From the NCBI GenBank assembly GCA_041742135.1, contig JBGSJG010000008.1:162902-226901 (forward strand): 64,000 nucleotides of DNA. The letters are read 5' to 3'. The notes under the pieces were generated by a model, which saw only the letters and a program-made list of their open reading frames with translations, did no database searches and was not told the DNA's origin. The first letter of the stretch is position 1, and each line of letters starts with the position of its first letter. Shown in pieces: positions 29,679 to 39,242 of the stretch. The DNA is from Patescibacteria group bacterium. GTDB lineage: Bacteria; Patescibacteriota; Microgenomatia; UBA8517. Position numbers and translations under genes: made by a program.

Positions 29679-31937
29679 ATGGCATCTGTCCGCCCAATAG
29701 CAGTATTTTTTAAAGAAATAGACAAAGACGATATCCCTTTGGTGGGTGGCAAGGGCGCTAACCTCGGCGAGATGACTCAAGCCGGGTTTCCTGTCCCTAA
29801 CGGTTTTGCGGTTACCGTGGAAGGCTACGAGCGTTTTTTGGAAGAGAATCAACTTCATCAGTATCTAATTGACGTATTAAAAGACACAGACGTAGCTAAC
29901 CCCGAAAGCCTTGAAAATGCTTCACGCAAAATTCAGCACAAAATTGTGACCTGCTCGATGCCGGATCTGGTTGCTCATGAAACTATAAAAGCTTACAAAA
30001 AGCTTTCGGGACCATTTAAAAAAGCCCTCGTGGCAGTTCGCTCAAGCGCTACTGCTGAGGATTTGCCCGGAGCCAGTTTCGCTGGTCAGCAGGCAACTTT
30101 CCTCAATATCAAAGGTGAGGCTCACTTGATGCAAAGTGTCAAAGAGTGCTGGGCTTCACTTTTTACTGCTCGCGCGATTTTTTATCGAAATGAAAACAAA
30201 ATTGACCATCCTAAGGTAAAAATTTCGGTTATTGTCCAAAAGATGGTTCAGTCTGATGTCTCGGGCGTCATGTTTTCAATTGATCCTGTGACCAACGACA
30301 AAGAGCGAATCATTGTTGAGTCTGTTTGGGGGCTTGGGGAAATGATTGTCCAAGGATCAGTTGTCCCTGATACCTACATTGTTCAAAAAGGAACTTTCGC
30401 CATCCTTTCCAAAGAAATTTCGGATCAGCGTGTACAGCTTATCCGAAAGGGTGACAAAACCGAAGAGCGCGAGGTTCCTGAAAAACTTCGCGATAAACAA
30501 AAAATAACAAACGAGGAAGTTGTTGCACTGGCCAAGCTCGCTAACCGCTTGCAGGAACATTATTACTTCCCTCAAGATATCGAGTGGGCCAAGGAGGGCA
30601 AAAATCTATTCATTACACAGACTAGGCCAGTTACTACTACTAATAAGCGAATGTCCAAGGCAGACGAGAATTTCAAATCTGCTGAGACCCCGGTTTTGCG
30701 AGGTGCGGCGGCTAGCCCAGGGATAGGATCGGGAACAGTCAGAATTCTAAAATCTCCGAAAGAAATCGGTAAAGTAGCCGAAGGTGATGTTTTGGTAGCC
30801 CCCATGACTTCACCCGATTATGTTCCCGCAATGAAGCGCGCGGTTGCAATCGTGACCAACGAAGGAGGGCTCACTAGCCACGCCGCGATTGTAAGCCGTG
30901 AGCTCGGTGTTCCTTGTGTGGTTGGAACCAAAGAAGCTACAGCAAAGCTTCGAGATGGTGACATGGTCACTGTGGATGGGGCTAAGGGCTTAGTTTACAT
31001 GGGAGCACGGGTAGTTAAAGAAGAAGAAAAGATTGCTCCAAAGGTTTATAAAAAAGTTCGAACTGCAACTCGCGTTTATGTAAACCTGGCCGAGCTTGAC
31101 CGGGCAAAAGAAATTTCCAAAAGAAATGTTGATGGAGTTGGTCTTCTTCGAGCTGAATTTATGATTGCTGGCATCGGAATTCATCCAAAAGAAGCGATTG
31201 CCCAAAAGAAGCAGGGCGAGTTTATCGATAAGCTCGCAGCTGATTTGGAAAAGTTTTGCAAGGCTTTTTCTCCACGCCCAGTGGTTTACCGGGCAACGGA
31301 TTTTAAAACAAATGAGTATAGAGCACTTCCAGGAGGAAAAGCGTGGGAGCCCGAGGAGCCAAACCCACTGATGGGTTTTCGAGGAGCTTTTCGATATGTT
31401 ACTCAGCCGGACGTTTTTAACTTGGAGCTTCAGGCAATCAAGAAAGTTCGCGCGAAGTACGACAACTTGTGGATGATGATTCCTTTCGTGCGGTCTCCCG
31501 AGGAACTGGCTCGTGTTCGCCGCCTAATTTCCGCCGAGGGCTTTTTTGAAAGCACCAGCTTCAAGCTTTGGATGATGGTAGAGCTTCCAGTAAACGTTAT
31601 TCAACTTGAAGATTTTATCAAGGTTGGAATCGATGGAGTTTCGATTGGAAGTAATGACTTAACCATGCTTATGATGGGTACGGACCGAGACAATGCTGAG
31701 GTGGCCGAAGCCTTTAATGAAAGGTCAAAAGCTGTTCGCTGGGCACTAAGGCGCGTTATCAGAATTTGTAACAAACACCACATAAGCTCTTCGATTTGTG
31801 GTCAAGCCCCGTCCACTTATGACGACTTGGTTGAGCGCTTGGTTCGTTATGGCATCACTAGTATTTCAGTTAACCCCGACGCGATAGAGCGCGTCCGTGA
31901 AGTTATTGCAAATACAGAGGCGGATATTATTAAATAA
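29679..31937 (+). CDS. ppsA: Phosphoenolpyruvate synthase (pyruvate,water dikinase)
   Basis: VGGKGANLGE, AVRSSATAED, phospho-His TSHAAI, GLLRAEF, SIGSNDL, CGQAPS. Confidence 0.95.
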   Translation: MASVRPIAVFFKEIDKDDIPLVGGKGANLGEMTQAGFPVPNGFAVTVEGYERFLEENQLHQYLIDVLKDTDVANPESLENASRKIQHKIVTCSMPDLVAHETIKAYKKLSGPFKKALVAVRSSATAEDLPGASFAGQQATFLNIKGEAHLMQSVKECWASLFTARAIFYRNENKIDHPKVKISVIVQKMVQSDVSGVMFSIDPVTNDKERIIVESVWGLGEMIVQGSVVPDTYIVQKGTFAILSKEISDQRVQLIRKGDKTEEREVPEKLRDKQKITNEEVVALAKLANRLQEHYYFPQDIEWAKEGKNLFITQTRPVTTTNKRMSKADENFKSAETPVLRGAAASPGIGSGTVRILKSPKEIGKVAEGDVLVAPMTSPDYVPAMKRAVAIVTNEGGLTSHAAIVSRELGVPCVVGTKEATAKLRDGDMVTVDGAKGLVYMGARVVKEEEKIAPKVYKKVRTATRVYVNLAELDRAKEISKRNVDGVGLLRAEFMIAGIGIHPKEAIAQKKQGEFIDKLAADLEKFCKAFSPRPVVYRATDFKTNEYRALPGGKAWEPEEPNPLMGFRGAFRYVTQPDVFNLELQAIKKVRAKYDNLWMMIPFVRSPEELARVRRLISAEGFFESTSFKLWMMVELPVNVIQLEDFIKVGIDGVSIGSNDLTMLMMGTDRDNAEVAEAFNERSKAVRWALRRVIRICNKHHISSSICGQAPSTYDDLVERLVRYGITSISVNPDAIERVREVIANTEADIIK

Positions 31938-31942
31938 TACTC

Positions 31943-33226
31943 ATGACAAGAATACAACGAGTTTGGGCAAGAGAAATTTTAGACTCTCGAGCAACGCCTA
32001 CAATTGAGGCGGCGGTCCAGCTGGACAGTGGAGCAGTTGCAGTTGCATCCGTTCCTTCTGGAGCTTCAACTGGGGTTCATGAGGCATTGGAGCTTCGCGA
32101 CAAAGACACTTCACGCTTCCGTGGCAAAGGAGTATTAAAAGCAGTTAACAATGTAAATCAGTTGATTGGCCCGGCTTTGGTTACAGCTGGAGTAGATCCG
32201 GTGGACCAGCAAGGCTTGGACAATCGGCTTATTCAGATGGACGGAACTGAAAACAAGTCTAGAATGGGCGCCAATGCGATTTTGGCAGTTTCAATAGCCG
32301 CTTGCAAAGCTGCTGCGATGGCGCAAAAAATGTCTGTTTATCAATGGGTCCAAAAGCTCGCTATGGCCAAAGGGGTCAAATCTCAACTGCGTGTGCCTAC
32401 TCCTCTTTTTAACATGATTAATGGAGGTTTGCACGGAGCCGGCAACTTGGATTTTCAAGAGTTTTTTGTGATTCCTGCTACTACAAAACAGTTTACCGAA
32501 GGCCTTCGCCTCGGAGTGGAAGTTTACATGCTTATTGGCGAAAATTTGTCTCATCGCGGAGCCATTCACTCGGTTGGAGATGAGGGGGGCTATGCTCCGA
32601 ACTTATTTACTAATGCGGATGCTTTGGAAGTTTTAGTTGAGGCAATTCGCCAAACTTCTTATCAGCTTGGCCGAGATGTATTTTTGGGGCTAGATGTTGC
32701 TGCCAGCACATTTTATGAGAATAATGTTTACACCATTCGTGACAAGTCGGCACCCCTCAATGAAGACATGCTGATTGAGTACTACAAAGAGACTAATGGA
32801 ATGTATCACTTGGCGATTTTAGAAGACCCGTTGCACGAAGATGCGTGGGAAGGGTGGAAAAAAGTGAGGCAAGTGTTGGGCAATCAAGCTACGATTGTTG
32901 GCGATGACTTGTTGGCTACAAATCCAAAACGGGTACAAAAAGCTATTGCGGAAGGGGCTTGCAATGGAATTTTGGTAAAACCAAACCAGATAGGCACACT
33001 TTCGGAAACGCTCGACGTCATCAAGATGGCTAGAGATGCTAATTGGAAAGTTATTGTGTCGCACAGATCAGGTGAAACCAATGATGCCTTTATTGCTGAA
33101 TTCGCAGTTGGAGTAGGTGCTGACTTTGTTAAGTTTGGAGCTCCAGCGCGCGGTGAACGTGTGGTCAAGTACAACAGGTTAAGCTCCATCGAGGTTGAAT
33201 TGACCCTTTCTCAAAATGCTGGTTAA
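31943..33226 (+). CDS. eno: Enolase
   Basis: VPSGASTG, GDEGG, KPNQIG, SHRSGET. Confidence 0.97.
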   Translation: MTRIQRVWAREILDSRATPTIEAAVQLDSGAVAVASVPSGASTGVHEALELRDKDTSRFRGKGVLKAVNNVNQLIGPALVTAGVDPVDQQGLDNRLIQMDGTENKSRMGANAILAVSIAACKAAAMAQKMSVYQWVQKLAMAKGVKSQLRVPTPLFNMINGGLHGAGNLDFQEFFVIPATTKQFTEGLRLGVEVYMLIGENLSHRGAIHSVGDEGGYAPNLFTNADALEVLVEAIRQTSYQLGRDVFLGLDVAASTFYENNVYTIRDKSAPLNEDMLIEYYKETNGMYHLAILEDPLHEDAWEGWKKVRQVLGNQATIVGDDLLATNPKRVQKAIAEGACNGILVKPNQIGTLSETLDVIKMARDANWKVIVSHRSGETNDAFIAEFAVGVGADFVKFGAPARGERVVKYNRLSSIEVELTLSQNAG

Positions 33227-34877
33227 TAAGCCGAATCTCGTCCTTCTCGTTGTTTTGGATGGCTGGGGAATAGCGCCACCAGGTCCCGGTAATGCGATCG
33301 CAACTGCGAATACACCTAACTACAATCGATTTTGGGCAAGCTACCCTCATACTGAGCTTCGAGCCTCTGGGGAAGCTGTGGGGCTACCTACAGGAGAAGT
33401 TGGAAACACGGAGACGGGCCATCTAAATATTGGTGCCGGAAGGATTGTTTATCAAGATTTGGCTAGAATTAACATAGCGATTGCAGATGGATCGTTTTTG
33501 GAAAACGAAGCGTTCACCGCTGCTTGCGACCATGCTAATCAAAATAATTCGGCACTTCACTTGATGGGGCTTTTGGGTGCTGGTGGAACGCATTCGAGTA
33601 TGGAGCATTTGTTTGCGCTCATCAGTCTTGCTCACTCTAAAGGAGTCAGCAAACTGTTTATTCACGTTTTTACCGACGGTCGCGATTCCCCTCCCAACTC
33701 GGCACTTTCTTATATATCCCAATTGGAAGATGTTTTAAACAAAGAAGGAGTTGGCAAAATTGCAACGATCATGGGGCGCTATTTTGCGATGGACCGGGAC
33801 CAGCGGTGGGAGCGAACTGAAAAGGCATACGAGTGCCTAACTGAGGCCAAGGGCGATAAGGTAAAAAGCGCCCAAGAGGCAGTCAGCCGTGCTTATGAAA
33901 TGGGATTAACCGATGAATTTATTGTCCCTACGGTTGTTACCGATGAAGCTGGGCGTCCGCTGGGTACCGTGGGTGATAATGATTCTGTGATTATTTATAA
34001 TTTCAGAATTGATAGGCCGAGGCAATTAACGTATGCTTTTATTGGAAACGAGCAGCATGATAGTAGTGCTACTTTCGATTTTGATCCATACTCCATCGTT
34101 TACGAACATACCCATTTAGCACAAAAAAGCTTAAAAACACTTTTCCGAGGTAGAGCGAAGCCAAAAAATATTTTTGTTGCTACGATGACCGAATATACCA
34201 AACTTTTTTCAAAGCTAGGTGTATCAGTTGCGTTTCCACCAGTGCAGATTAGTATGCCTCTGGGAAAAGTTTTGTCACAGCACAAGCTGCGGCAGCTTAG
34301 AGCCGCAGAGAGTGAAAAAGAGCGTTTTGTAACTTATTATTTTAACGGCCAATCTGAGCGTGCCGATGAAGGTGAGGAGAGGCTTATTGTGCCATCTCCG
34401 AAGGTGGCAACTTATGATCTCGCGCCAGAGATGTCGGTTGAGGCTTTAACCCAAGAAGTTTATACACGCCTTGCAAGCAAATCTTACACTTTTTGTGTAG
34501 TTAACTTTGCCAATCCCGACATGGTTGGCCACACTGGAAACTTTGAAGCGGGAGTAAAGGCTGTGGAGTCGGCGGATAGGTGTATCGGAAGACTTGGCAC
34601 GCTTGTGTTGGCACTAAACGGTACCATGTTAATCACTGGAGATCATGGCAATGTGGAAGAGATGGTTTCGCTTGCGACTCACCAAAGAGACACAGAGCAT
34701 AGTAGTAACCCAGTACCGTTTATTGCTGTTTCCAAGCAGTTTTTAGGCAAACCAGTTACGCTGCCATCCGGGATATTAGCCGATATCGCTCCAACCGTGC
34801 TTGCTTTGATGGGAATTGAAAAACCAAATGTAATGACAGGTCGCAATTTACTTGCAAGTTTGATGAAGAAGAGATAA
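33216..34877 (+). CDS. gpmI: 2,3-bisphosphoglycerate-independent phosphoglycerate mutase
   Basis: LDGWG, GNTETGH, GRYFAMDRD, NPDMVGHTG, TGDHGN. Confidence 0.95.
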   Translation: MLVNKPNLVLLVVLDGWGIAPPGPGNAIATANTPNYNRFWASYPHTELRASGEAVGLPTGEVGNTETGHLNIGAGRIVYQDLARINIAIADGSFLENEAFTAACDHANQNNSALHLMGLLGAGGTHSSMEHLFALISLAHSKGVSKLFIHVFTDGRDSPPNSALSYISQLEDVLNKEGVGKIATIMGRYFAMDRDQRWERTEKAYECLTEAKGDKVKSAQEAVSRAYEMGLTDEFIVPTVVTDEAGRPLGTVGDNDSVIIYNFRIDRPRQLTYAFIGNEQHDSSATFDFDPYSIVYEHTHLAQKSLKTLFRGRAKPKNIFVATMTEYTKLFSKLGVSVAFPPVQISMPLGKVLSQHKLRQLRAAESEKERFVTYYFNGQSERADEGEERLIVPSPKVATYDLAPEMSVEALTQEVYTRLASKSYTFCVVNFANPDMVGHTGNFEAGVKAVESADRCIGRLGTLVLALNGTMLITGDHGNVEEMVSLATHQRDTEHSSNPVPFIAVSKQFLGKPVTLPSGILADIAPTVLALMGIEKPNVMTGRNLLASLMKKR

Positions 34878-34879
34878 GG

Positions 34880-35509
34880 TCAAATAGCCTGATACTTCCG
34901 GATTAACCCCACCACTTTTCCTTGAATTGTTACGTTTTTGACAAAGATCGGAGACATTGCGCTGTTGGCCGGCTCCAAGCGAATTCTGGTTGCTTCTTTG
35001 AAAAATCTTTTGAGTGTTGCTGTACCATTTTCTAAAAGCGCAACAACTATTTGGCCGTTCCTGGCTTCAGCAGTTTCTTCGATTACTACATAATCTCCGT
35101 CACGAATCTGCTCTTCGATCATCGATTCGCCCCGCACTTGCAAAACATAAACTCTTTTTTTGCTGGATACAAACGATGGTCCGATTGTCATTTTTGCGTG
35201 CGGATCAGTGTGAGGCTCGATTGGCCTTCCTGCCGCGATAAATCCTAGGATTGGAACTTCGACGGCTTTCTCTGAAACGAAATCAACGGTTTTATCTACA
35301 AGTTCGATTCCGCGGGTTTTGCCGCCTTTGCGTTTGATTATCCCTTTGGTTTGAAGTGATTCCAAGTGTTCATGAACTGTTGCCAAAGAAGAAACTCCGA
35401 TTGCATCTGCAATTTGGCGAAGTGTAGGAGCTGTTTGGTTTGCCTGAATGAATTGCTGAATAAAATCAACTATTTGCCTTTGGCGCTTATATAAAATAGG
35501 TGCTTGCAT
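34880..35509 (-). CDS. lexA: SOS repressor LexA
   Basis: wHTH (PTLRQIA...ATVHEHL), Ala-Gly cleavage site IAAGRP, VRGESM (Ser), ATLKRF (Lys). Confidence 0.95.
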   Translation of the reverse strand: MQAPILYKRQRQIVDFIQQFIQANQTAPTLRQIADAIGVSSLATVHEHLESLQTKGIIKRKGGKTRGIELVDKTVDFVSEKAVEVPILGFIAAGRPIEPHTDPHAKMTIGPSFVSSKKRVYVLQVRGESMIEEQIRDGDYVVIEETAEARNGQIVVALLENGTATLKRFFKEATRIRLEPANSAMSPIFVKNVTIQGKVVGLIRKYQAI

Positions 35510-35515
35510 ATAAAC

Positions 35516-35544
35516 ACTCTACAAACAAAACCCGAAGTTGTCAA
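35516..35544 (-). promoter_or_regulatory. lexA promoter (leaderless) with candidate operator in the spacer
   Basis: Minus strand TTGACA-N17-TAGAGT-N6-ATG; spacer holds TTCGGGTTTTGT (35525-35536), repeated exactly upstream of uvrA. Confidence 0.75.
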
Positions 35545-35575
35545 TAATCAAAATGGGTCTTGATATACTTTAGTA

Positions 35576-36142
35576 ATGAATAGAAAAGCTGAACTTCGGC
35601 AGATGCTGTTTTCCGACAAACGGCTGATGAGAATTTTGAGCTTGGCAAGAGAAGCTAACTTACCTAACTGGTATATCGGAGCAGGGTTGATCAGGAATTA
35701 TGTTTGGGATTTTTTACATGGGTGGCCTCAAAGAACACCGATCCGGGATGTTGATTTTATTTATTACTCTCCGGACGCAATTGATGAAGTGAGAGTTAGA
35801 GCAATGCTTGCCAAAAAGATGCCCAAGATAGATTGGGATTTAAAAAACTCGGCCTTTGTACACGCTTGGTATGCCAATAAGGGGATCGTGCGGCCCGCGC
35901 TTAAATCTTCCGAAGAAGATATCGACGGCTGGCCTGAAACCGCTTCGTGTGTTGGAGTACGTTTGCAGGCTGACGATGAACTTCTTATCTATGTACCTTA
36001 CGAGGTTGATGATTTGCTAAATATGGTTTTTAGAAGAAATAAAAATAATCAATATAGCGTAAACGAAGAAGTTTTTCGCAAAAGAGTTATTGATAAGAAG
36101 ATAAAGGAACGATGGCCAAAAGTTAAAATTATTTACGATTGA
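35576..36142 (+). CDS. Nucleotidyltransferase family protein (NTP_transf_6/DUF925-like)
   Basis: WYIGAGLIRNYVWD, DVDFIY, WPETASCVGVR. Confidence 0.8.
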   Translation: MNRKAELRQMLFSDKRLMRILSLAREANLPNWYIGAGLIRNYVWDFLHGWPQRTPIRDVDFIYYSPDAIDEVRVRAMLAKKMPKIDWDLKNSAFVHAWYANKGIVRPALKSSEEDIDGWPETASCVGVRLQADDELLIYVPYEVDDLLNMVFRRNKNNQYSVNEEVFRKRVIDKKIKERWPKVKIIYD

Positions 36143-36185
36143 TTTTAGCTTTACTTTCGCATTATATTTGGTATATAGTTCTTAC

Positions 36186-38201
36186 GTGAGCAAATTTCAA
36201 CTTAAGTCCCGTTACAAGCCTGTTTATGACCAAAAGAGCGCCATAGAAAAATTGGTCAAGGGCGTTCGTGGGCAAAATCCATATCAAGTCCTTTTGGGAG
36301 TTACAGGCTCTGGCAAAACTTTTACAGTTGCGAATCTTATCCAAAGGCTTCAAATGCCCACATTGATTCTGTCACACAATAAAACTCTTGCCGCCCAGCT
36401 TTACCAAGAATTTCGAGATTTTTTTCCTGAAAATGCAGTTAGCTACTTTGTCAGCTATTACGACTATTATCAACCTGAGGCTTATATCCCCTCGACTGAT
36501 ACTTACATTGAAAAAGACTCTGACATCAATGAGCTTATCGACAAGCTTCGGCTTGAGGCCACCGCAAATCTCCTAACGCGCAAAGATGTAATCGTGGTGG
36601 CTTCGGTTAGCGCCATCTACAACATCGGCTCACCAAAGGAGTACGGCAAATTTGTATTTGAATTTGTTAGTGGTATGAAAATTAGCCGTGAGCAAATCAT
36701 CGATAGATTAATCGATCTTCAATACGAGCGAGGCGAATTTGGCTTTCACCGCGGCACTTTTCGTGTCCGTGGGGACACGATTTCCATCTTCCCTTCATAT
36801 CAGGATCAAGCAGTCGATGTGGAGATGAAGGGGGAGCGGATTGATACGATTACCATTAGCGACCCCATCACGGGTAAAATTTTGGAAAACTTGAAAGCCC
36901 CCTTTACGCTCTTTCCCGCGAAGCATTTCATAACTGATCCTACCAAAAACAAGACGGCTTACCAAGCAATACGAAATGATTTAAAGGATCGAATTAACTA
37001 TTTTAAATCCAACGGCCAAGAACTTGAGGCAAATAGGATCAAACAAAAAGTCACATACGACCTGGAGATGATGGAGGAAATTGGCTATGTTAAAGGCATT
37101 GAAAATTATTCTAGGTATTTTGACGGCAGATCTCCGGGGGACGCGCCAAATTCTTTGCTGGAATACTTCAATGAAGCTTATGGTAAAGACTGGCTTGTAG
37201 TGGTTGATGAGAGCCATATAGGTTTTCCCCAAATTCGTGGAATGTATGCAGGGGACTTGTCTCGCAAGAAAACTTTGATTGATTACGGCTTCAGGCTTCC
37301 GGCAAGTTTGGATAATCGGCCCCTGACTTTTGATGAGTTTATGCGACGAATTCCCGGATTTATCGCCACTTCTGCAACGCCCGCTGAGTGGGAAAAATCC
37401 ATGGCTGGAGAGAAAAATATTGTAGAAATGCTTCTTCGGCCAACAGGCATTCCCGATCCGGAAGTGGAAATTAGGCCAGTTAAAACTCAAGTAGCCGATG
37501 TGATCGAAGAGATTAAAAAAAGAAAAGCTTTGGGACAGCGAACTTTAGTTACTACTTTAACCAAACGAACCGCGGAAGATTTGACTGAATACTTAAAAGA
37601 ACAGGGAATTGATGTTCAGTATTTGCATTCGGATGTTCATACTTTGGACCGAACTGACATCTTGGACGATCTGCGAGCTGGAAAATACGACTGTTTGGTT
37701 GGAATAAATTTGCTTCGAGAAGGCCTTGATTTGCCCGAAGTTTCTTTGGTTGCAATACTCGATGCGGACAAGGAAGGGTTTTTGCGAAGTGACGTGACCT
37801 TGATCCAGACCATGGGCCGCGCAGCCAGACATATCGATGGCCATGTGATTATGTATGCTGATCGCATCACAGGCTCTATGAAGCGAGCGTTGGACGAGGT
37901 CAAAAGACGCCGTGAATATCAGTTCTCAGTTAATAAAAAGTACGGGATAACGCCGACTCCGATTACCAAGCCAATCAGGGAAAAACTGGTGGATCGAGAA
38001 GTGGAAGCGGCAAGCCTTGCAATGGAAGATCGGGATATTGTTTATGCCAGACTGCCGGATATTGATCTAAATGCACTAACTCCGATGGATAAGAAAAAAC
38101 TTGCCAAAAAGCTCAAGCGAGAGATGAAGATTGCAGCCGAGGAACTTAATTTTGAACTTGCTATACAAATTCGTGACAAAGTTCACGAATTGGAAAACTG
38201 A
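36186..38201 (+). CDS. uvrB: Excinuclease ABC subunit B
   Basis: GVTGSGKT, SYYDYYQPEAY, DESH, GINLLREGLD; GTG start 6 nt after TATAGT. Confidence 0.97.
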   Translation: MSKFQLKSRYKPVYDQKSAIEKLVKGVRGQNPYQVLLGVTGSGKTFTVANLIQRLQMPTLILSHNKTLAAQLYQEFRDFFPENAVSYFVSYYDYYQPEAYIPSTDTYIEKDSDINELIDKLRLEATANLLTRKDVIVVASVSAIYNIGSPKEYGKFVFEFVSGMKISREQIIDRLIDLQYERGEFGFHRGTFRVRGDTISIFPSYQDQAVDVEMKGERIDTITISDPITGKILENLKAPFTLFPAKHFITDPTKNKTAYQAIRNDLKDRINYFKSNGQELEANRIKQKVTYDLEMMEEIGYVKGIENYSRYFDGRSPGDAPNSLLEYFNEAYGKDWLVVVDESHIGFPQIRGMYAGDLSRKKTLIDYGFRLPASLDNRPLTFDEFMRRIPGFIATSATPAEWEKSMAGEKNIVEMLLRPTGIPDPEVEIRPVKTQVADVIEEIKKRKALGQRTLVTTLTKRTAEDLTEYLKEQGIDVQYLHSDVHTLDRTDILDDLRAGKYDCLVGINLLREGLDLPEVSLVAILDADKEGFLRSDVTLIQTMGRAARHIDGHVIMYADRITGSMKRALDEVKRRREYQFSVNKKYGITPTPITKPIREKLVDREVEAASLAMEDRDIVYARLPDIDLNALTPMDKKKLAKKLKREMKIAAEELNFELAIQIRDKVHELEN

Positions 38202-38317
38202 CTATTCCCGATTTTCAGTTAATTTTGGGCAAACTTCTGAAAGTCCCATTTGGATTACAACCTGAAGTTGGGTTTCTTTAATTTTACCCTTATGAAAATA
38301 TTACTTACAGAGTCAAA

Positions 38318-38902
38318 CTATTCTTCTCTTTTAGTCTTTTCTAAGGCTTCCCGCGCAGTTTCGATCGCTCTTTTGCTTGCGTCAAGTTGACTACGAAAAG
38401 CTTCTGCTACCAATTTAATTGTTGCAACCAAGTCATCCGGGTCTTTTAAAAGCACTAAGGTTGCATCACCTTCGTCATTTCCAGGCCGAATGTACTCTGT
38501 TTTAAAAAAACCTCTTTCAAAAAACATTTCGGGCGACTCATCTCGCATTCTCAGTTTAAGGTGTGGAGAGGCCTAGCCGCGGTCAGCTGAATTTGTAATA
38601 AAACCTATGACCTCCTCTCTTGTTTCAGTGCTACCATTATTCAGGTCCAACCTGTAAAATCCAAAAGGTGTCATGACAAAATAACTTTTTGTGCCTTCCC
38701 ATTCTTTTGGGTTCGGAATGGGCATATTTGGGATAAGGGTTAGGTTTTCACCCTCGCCTAAACGAGCGAAAAACTTAACAATAGATTTTTCGTCTTGATC
38801 AGCAAAATCGGCAATAATTGATCGCATTTGCGCCGCCTCGTTTGTTGGGTCGTCCATGCCAAGAACTTCACCGTCATCACCAATTACCAAATCTGGAGTC
38901 AT
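38318..38902 (-). pseudogene. Orphan ORF interrupted by one in-frame TAG (or two in-frame small genes)
   Basis: ORFs 38573-38917 and 38318-38548 share a frame, separated by TAG (38573-38575) plus 8 sense codons; ATG 38902 lies 6 nt after TATAAT. Confidence 0.5.
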
Positions 38903-38964
38903 ACGGGGATTATACACTACCGGTTAATTTTCCAAAATCGGATTTTGATGTGATAACATGACTT

Positions 38965-39195
38965 GTGGCAAAGAAAAACGGTAACGATCAATTTGTAACA
39001 AGGTCGATGTTAGACGAGGCAGTTGAGGCGATTCTGGCAGGTATGCAAAAAATGTTCGATCGTCAATCAAAAAGTATTGATAATTTAGAGGCTAAAGTGG
39101 ACAACGGATATGTGCAGTTAAGGCACGAGATTCGTGATCTACGCCATGATACCCCGAGTAAACAAGAATTCAACGATCTTAAATCTTCTCTGTAA
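38965..39195 (+). CDS. Small coiled-coil hypothetical protein
   Basis: 76 aa, heptad pattern; TGA-TAACAT 5 nt before GTG. Confidence 0.55.
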   Translation: MAKKNGNDQFVTRSMLDEAVEAILAGMQKMFDRQSKSIDNLEAKVDNGYVQLRHEIRDLRHDTPSKQEFNDLKSSL

Positions 39196-39202
39196 TTTAC
39201 TT

Positions 39203-39231
39203 ACAAAACCCGAAACTTTTTGTGGTACAAT
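39203..39231 (+). promoter_or_regulatory. uvrA promoter with candidate LexA operator
   Basis: ACAAAACCCGAA (39203-39214) over the -35 position of extended -10 TGG-TACAAT (hexamer 39226-39231). Confidence 0.7.
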
Positions 39232-39242
39232 TTATGGTTGCA

